A program made the position numbers and the translations under genes. The notes beneath the pieces were generated by a model that worked only from the letters and a program-made list of their open reading frames with translations, was not told where the DNA came from and made no database searches. A stretch of DNA of 26,828 nucleotides, from IMG/VR virus record IMGVR_UViG_3300032330_000150, positions 1-26,828 of that record. The stretch is one strand, 5' to 3'. Shown one piece after another: positions 25,697 to 26,828 of the stretch. Position 1 is the stretch's first letter, and each line of letters starts with the position of its first letter. This DNA comes from a virus (taxonomy: Duplodnaviria; Caudoviricetes).

Positions 25697-26360
25697 TACC
25701 TTTAAATTGTTGCTTTATGCTTATTGCTACATCTGTTCCTAATGCGTGAGCCATTTGTTGCTGAAACTCCGTTCCAAATACTTTTAAATTATCCTCAAAG
25801 AAACCTATTCTTTTTAATCCTTTTTTCTTAATGCTTTTAGCCGTTGCCTCTGCTAATGATTTAATCTTGGTAGTTTTACTTACTATTTTTGCAATAGATT
25901 TTCGTTTGGCTTGTAATCCTGTTAAACCTTTTCGTTGATCCTCATTCCGAATATAATTTGGATGTCTTAAATACCAAGCCATAATAGCCGAAACAAACTT
26001 TGGCGAAATGCTTAATGTTCTAAATTTATAAGGAGAATTAGGTTGATTACTTTTAATTCCTTTTACTCCTTTATTTTGGAAATCATAATACTCAGAAGCT
26101 GGATTGCTTTTATCATATCCAATAGTCAAAAAGTATTTAGTTCCTTCTTGAACTAATGTTCCAACTTTAATATCTGATAAATGTCCAGTATCAATCTTCC
26201 CTTTTTTTGTAATAGTTGCTTTTGCTTTCTCAATAAATGCAACTGCATATTTAATCATTACAGATTCAACACTATCCAAAGCAATTTCGCCTTGTTGTGC
26301 GCTACCACCAACAGTAAAACCTTTTCCTAAACTTGCTTGAGCTTGATTAATGCTTGGCAT
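25674..26360 (-). CDS. HK97 gp10-like tail completion/neck protein
   Basis: Basic protein with IDTGHL (compare the family motif DTGxL), Y.DFQNKGV.G and IKKKGLK..GFF. Confidence 0.5.
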   Translation of the reverse strand: MPSINQAQASLGKGFTVGGSAQQGEIALDSVESVMIKYAVAFIEKAKATITKKGKIDTGHLSDIKVGTLVQEGTKYFLTIGYDKSNPASEYYDFQNKGVKGIKSNQPNSPYKFRTLSISPKFVSAIMAWYLRHPNYIRNEDQRKGLTGLQAKRKSIAKIVSKTTKIKSLAEATAKSIKKKGLKRIGFFEDNLKVFGTEFQQQMAHALGTDVAISIKQQFKGNGNNNNK

Positions 26361-26628
26361 ATATCTGTTTCATTTGTTCGCTATCGTGCGCTTGTTTAGA
26401 TTTAATATAACTCAAATCGTTTAATGCTTGAATTGTTGGAAGTTCGTAGGCTTCTTCAAGTCTAATTTTTTCGTGTTCTGCGATGATGGTAACTTGATAA
26501 ATCCATCCATACTTGCGCATAAAATTTCCACTTGTATCTCTGCCTCCTCTTGTGTCATCCCCTTCTTTATCATCTCCATTTTGAAATAATCCGCCAAACT
26601 CTTTATCGAGTCGGTGAATACTTGACAA
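26347..26628 (-). CDS. Frameshift extension (T-like part) of the tail assembly chaperone
   Basis: The -1 frame ORF has only a TTG start, located exactly at the U9 run; F..KYGW...I...A and LP..QALN.LSY motifs. Confidence 0.65.
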   Translation of the reverse strand: MSSIHRLDKEFGGLFQNGDDKEGDDTRGGRDTSGNFMRKYGWIYQVTIIAEHEKIRLEEAYELPTIQALNDLSYIKSKQAHDSEQMKQIYAKH

Positions 26629-26828
26629 AAAAAAACCACGCTACCAAAAACTTGTTCAAATGGAGCAGACAATAAATCTTGTGCATATTCCTCGTGTTTA
26701 CTTGCATCATATTTATCAAGTTTCCAGCCTCTCCAAGTTTTCTTCATTGGCCGAATCATTGATGCGCCAATCTTATGCAAGTTGTTTAATGTATCTTCAG
26801 CAAAATATTTGCTTTCGATATATCTTGA
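26421..26828 (-). CDS. Putative tail assembly chaperone (G-like), 5'-truncated by the window edge
   Basis: The frame stays open to the window end (SRYIESKYFAEDTLNNLHKIGASM...) and contains GTG GTT TTT TTT TGT. Confidence 0.65.
   Translation of the reverse strand, partial: SRYIESKYFAEDTLNNLHKIGASMIRPMKKTWRGWKLDKYDASKHEEYAQDLLSAPFEQVFGSVVFFCQVFTDSIKSLADYFKMEMIKKGMTQEEAEIQVEILCASMDGFIKLPSSQNTKKLDLKKPTNFQQFKH
26627..26635 (-). other. Candidate programmed -1 ribosomal frameshift site U_UUU_UUU
   Basis: U9 run; the heptamer 26634-26628 is phased X XXY YYZ in the upstream frame, and a -1 slip gives VVFF-LSSIHRL. Confidence 0.7.

Noticed and set aside
1-26828. Stop-codon reassignment
   Set aside because: Genes are intact and densely tiled in code 11, with TAA, TAG and TGA all used as stops.
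1-26828. tRNA, integrase/att site, terminase or host genes
   Set aside because: None recognisable in the window, so lifestyle (temperate or lytic) and prophage status cannot be determined.

Overview
AT-rich fragment of a tailed dsDNA phage or prophage. All credible genes lie on the minus strand and use the standard code 11. A Bacteroidetes (Flavobacteria/Cytophagia-like) host is inferred from TAnnTTTG promoters, A-rich leaders without Shine-Dalgarno motifs and a Gln after a signal-peptide cleavage site. In transcription order (right to left): frameshifted tail-chaperone pair, tail completion and tail proteins, tape measure, prohead protease, scaffold, major capsid, tail tube, portal with extra wHTH and MuF-like domains, head-tail adaptor, three fibre/adhesin genes, lysis cassette and a metallophosphoesterase. 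An early/replication operon follows (small ORFs, ERF recombinase, SSB-like protein, replication initiator and partner, XRE HTH). I added seven small minus-strand ORFs missing from the ORF track. The most notable signals are: (1) a promoter-to-terminator small RNA at about 4174-4251 that is antisense to the start-codon region of the first early gene and partly to other early genes; (2) a three-hairpin kissing-loop leader/terminator in front of the replication initiator; (3) a stand-alone duplicate of the ERF C-terminal domain; (4) a -1 slippery site in the tail chaperone pair. All family assignments come from motif recognition by eye, not from database searches.
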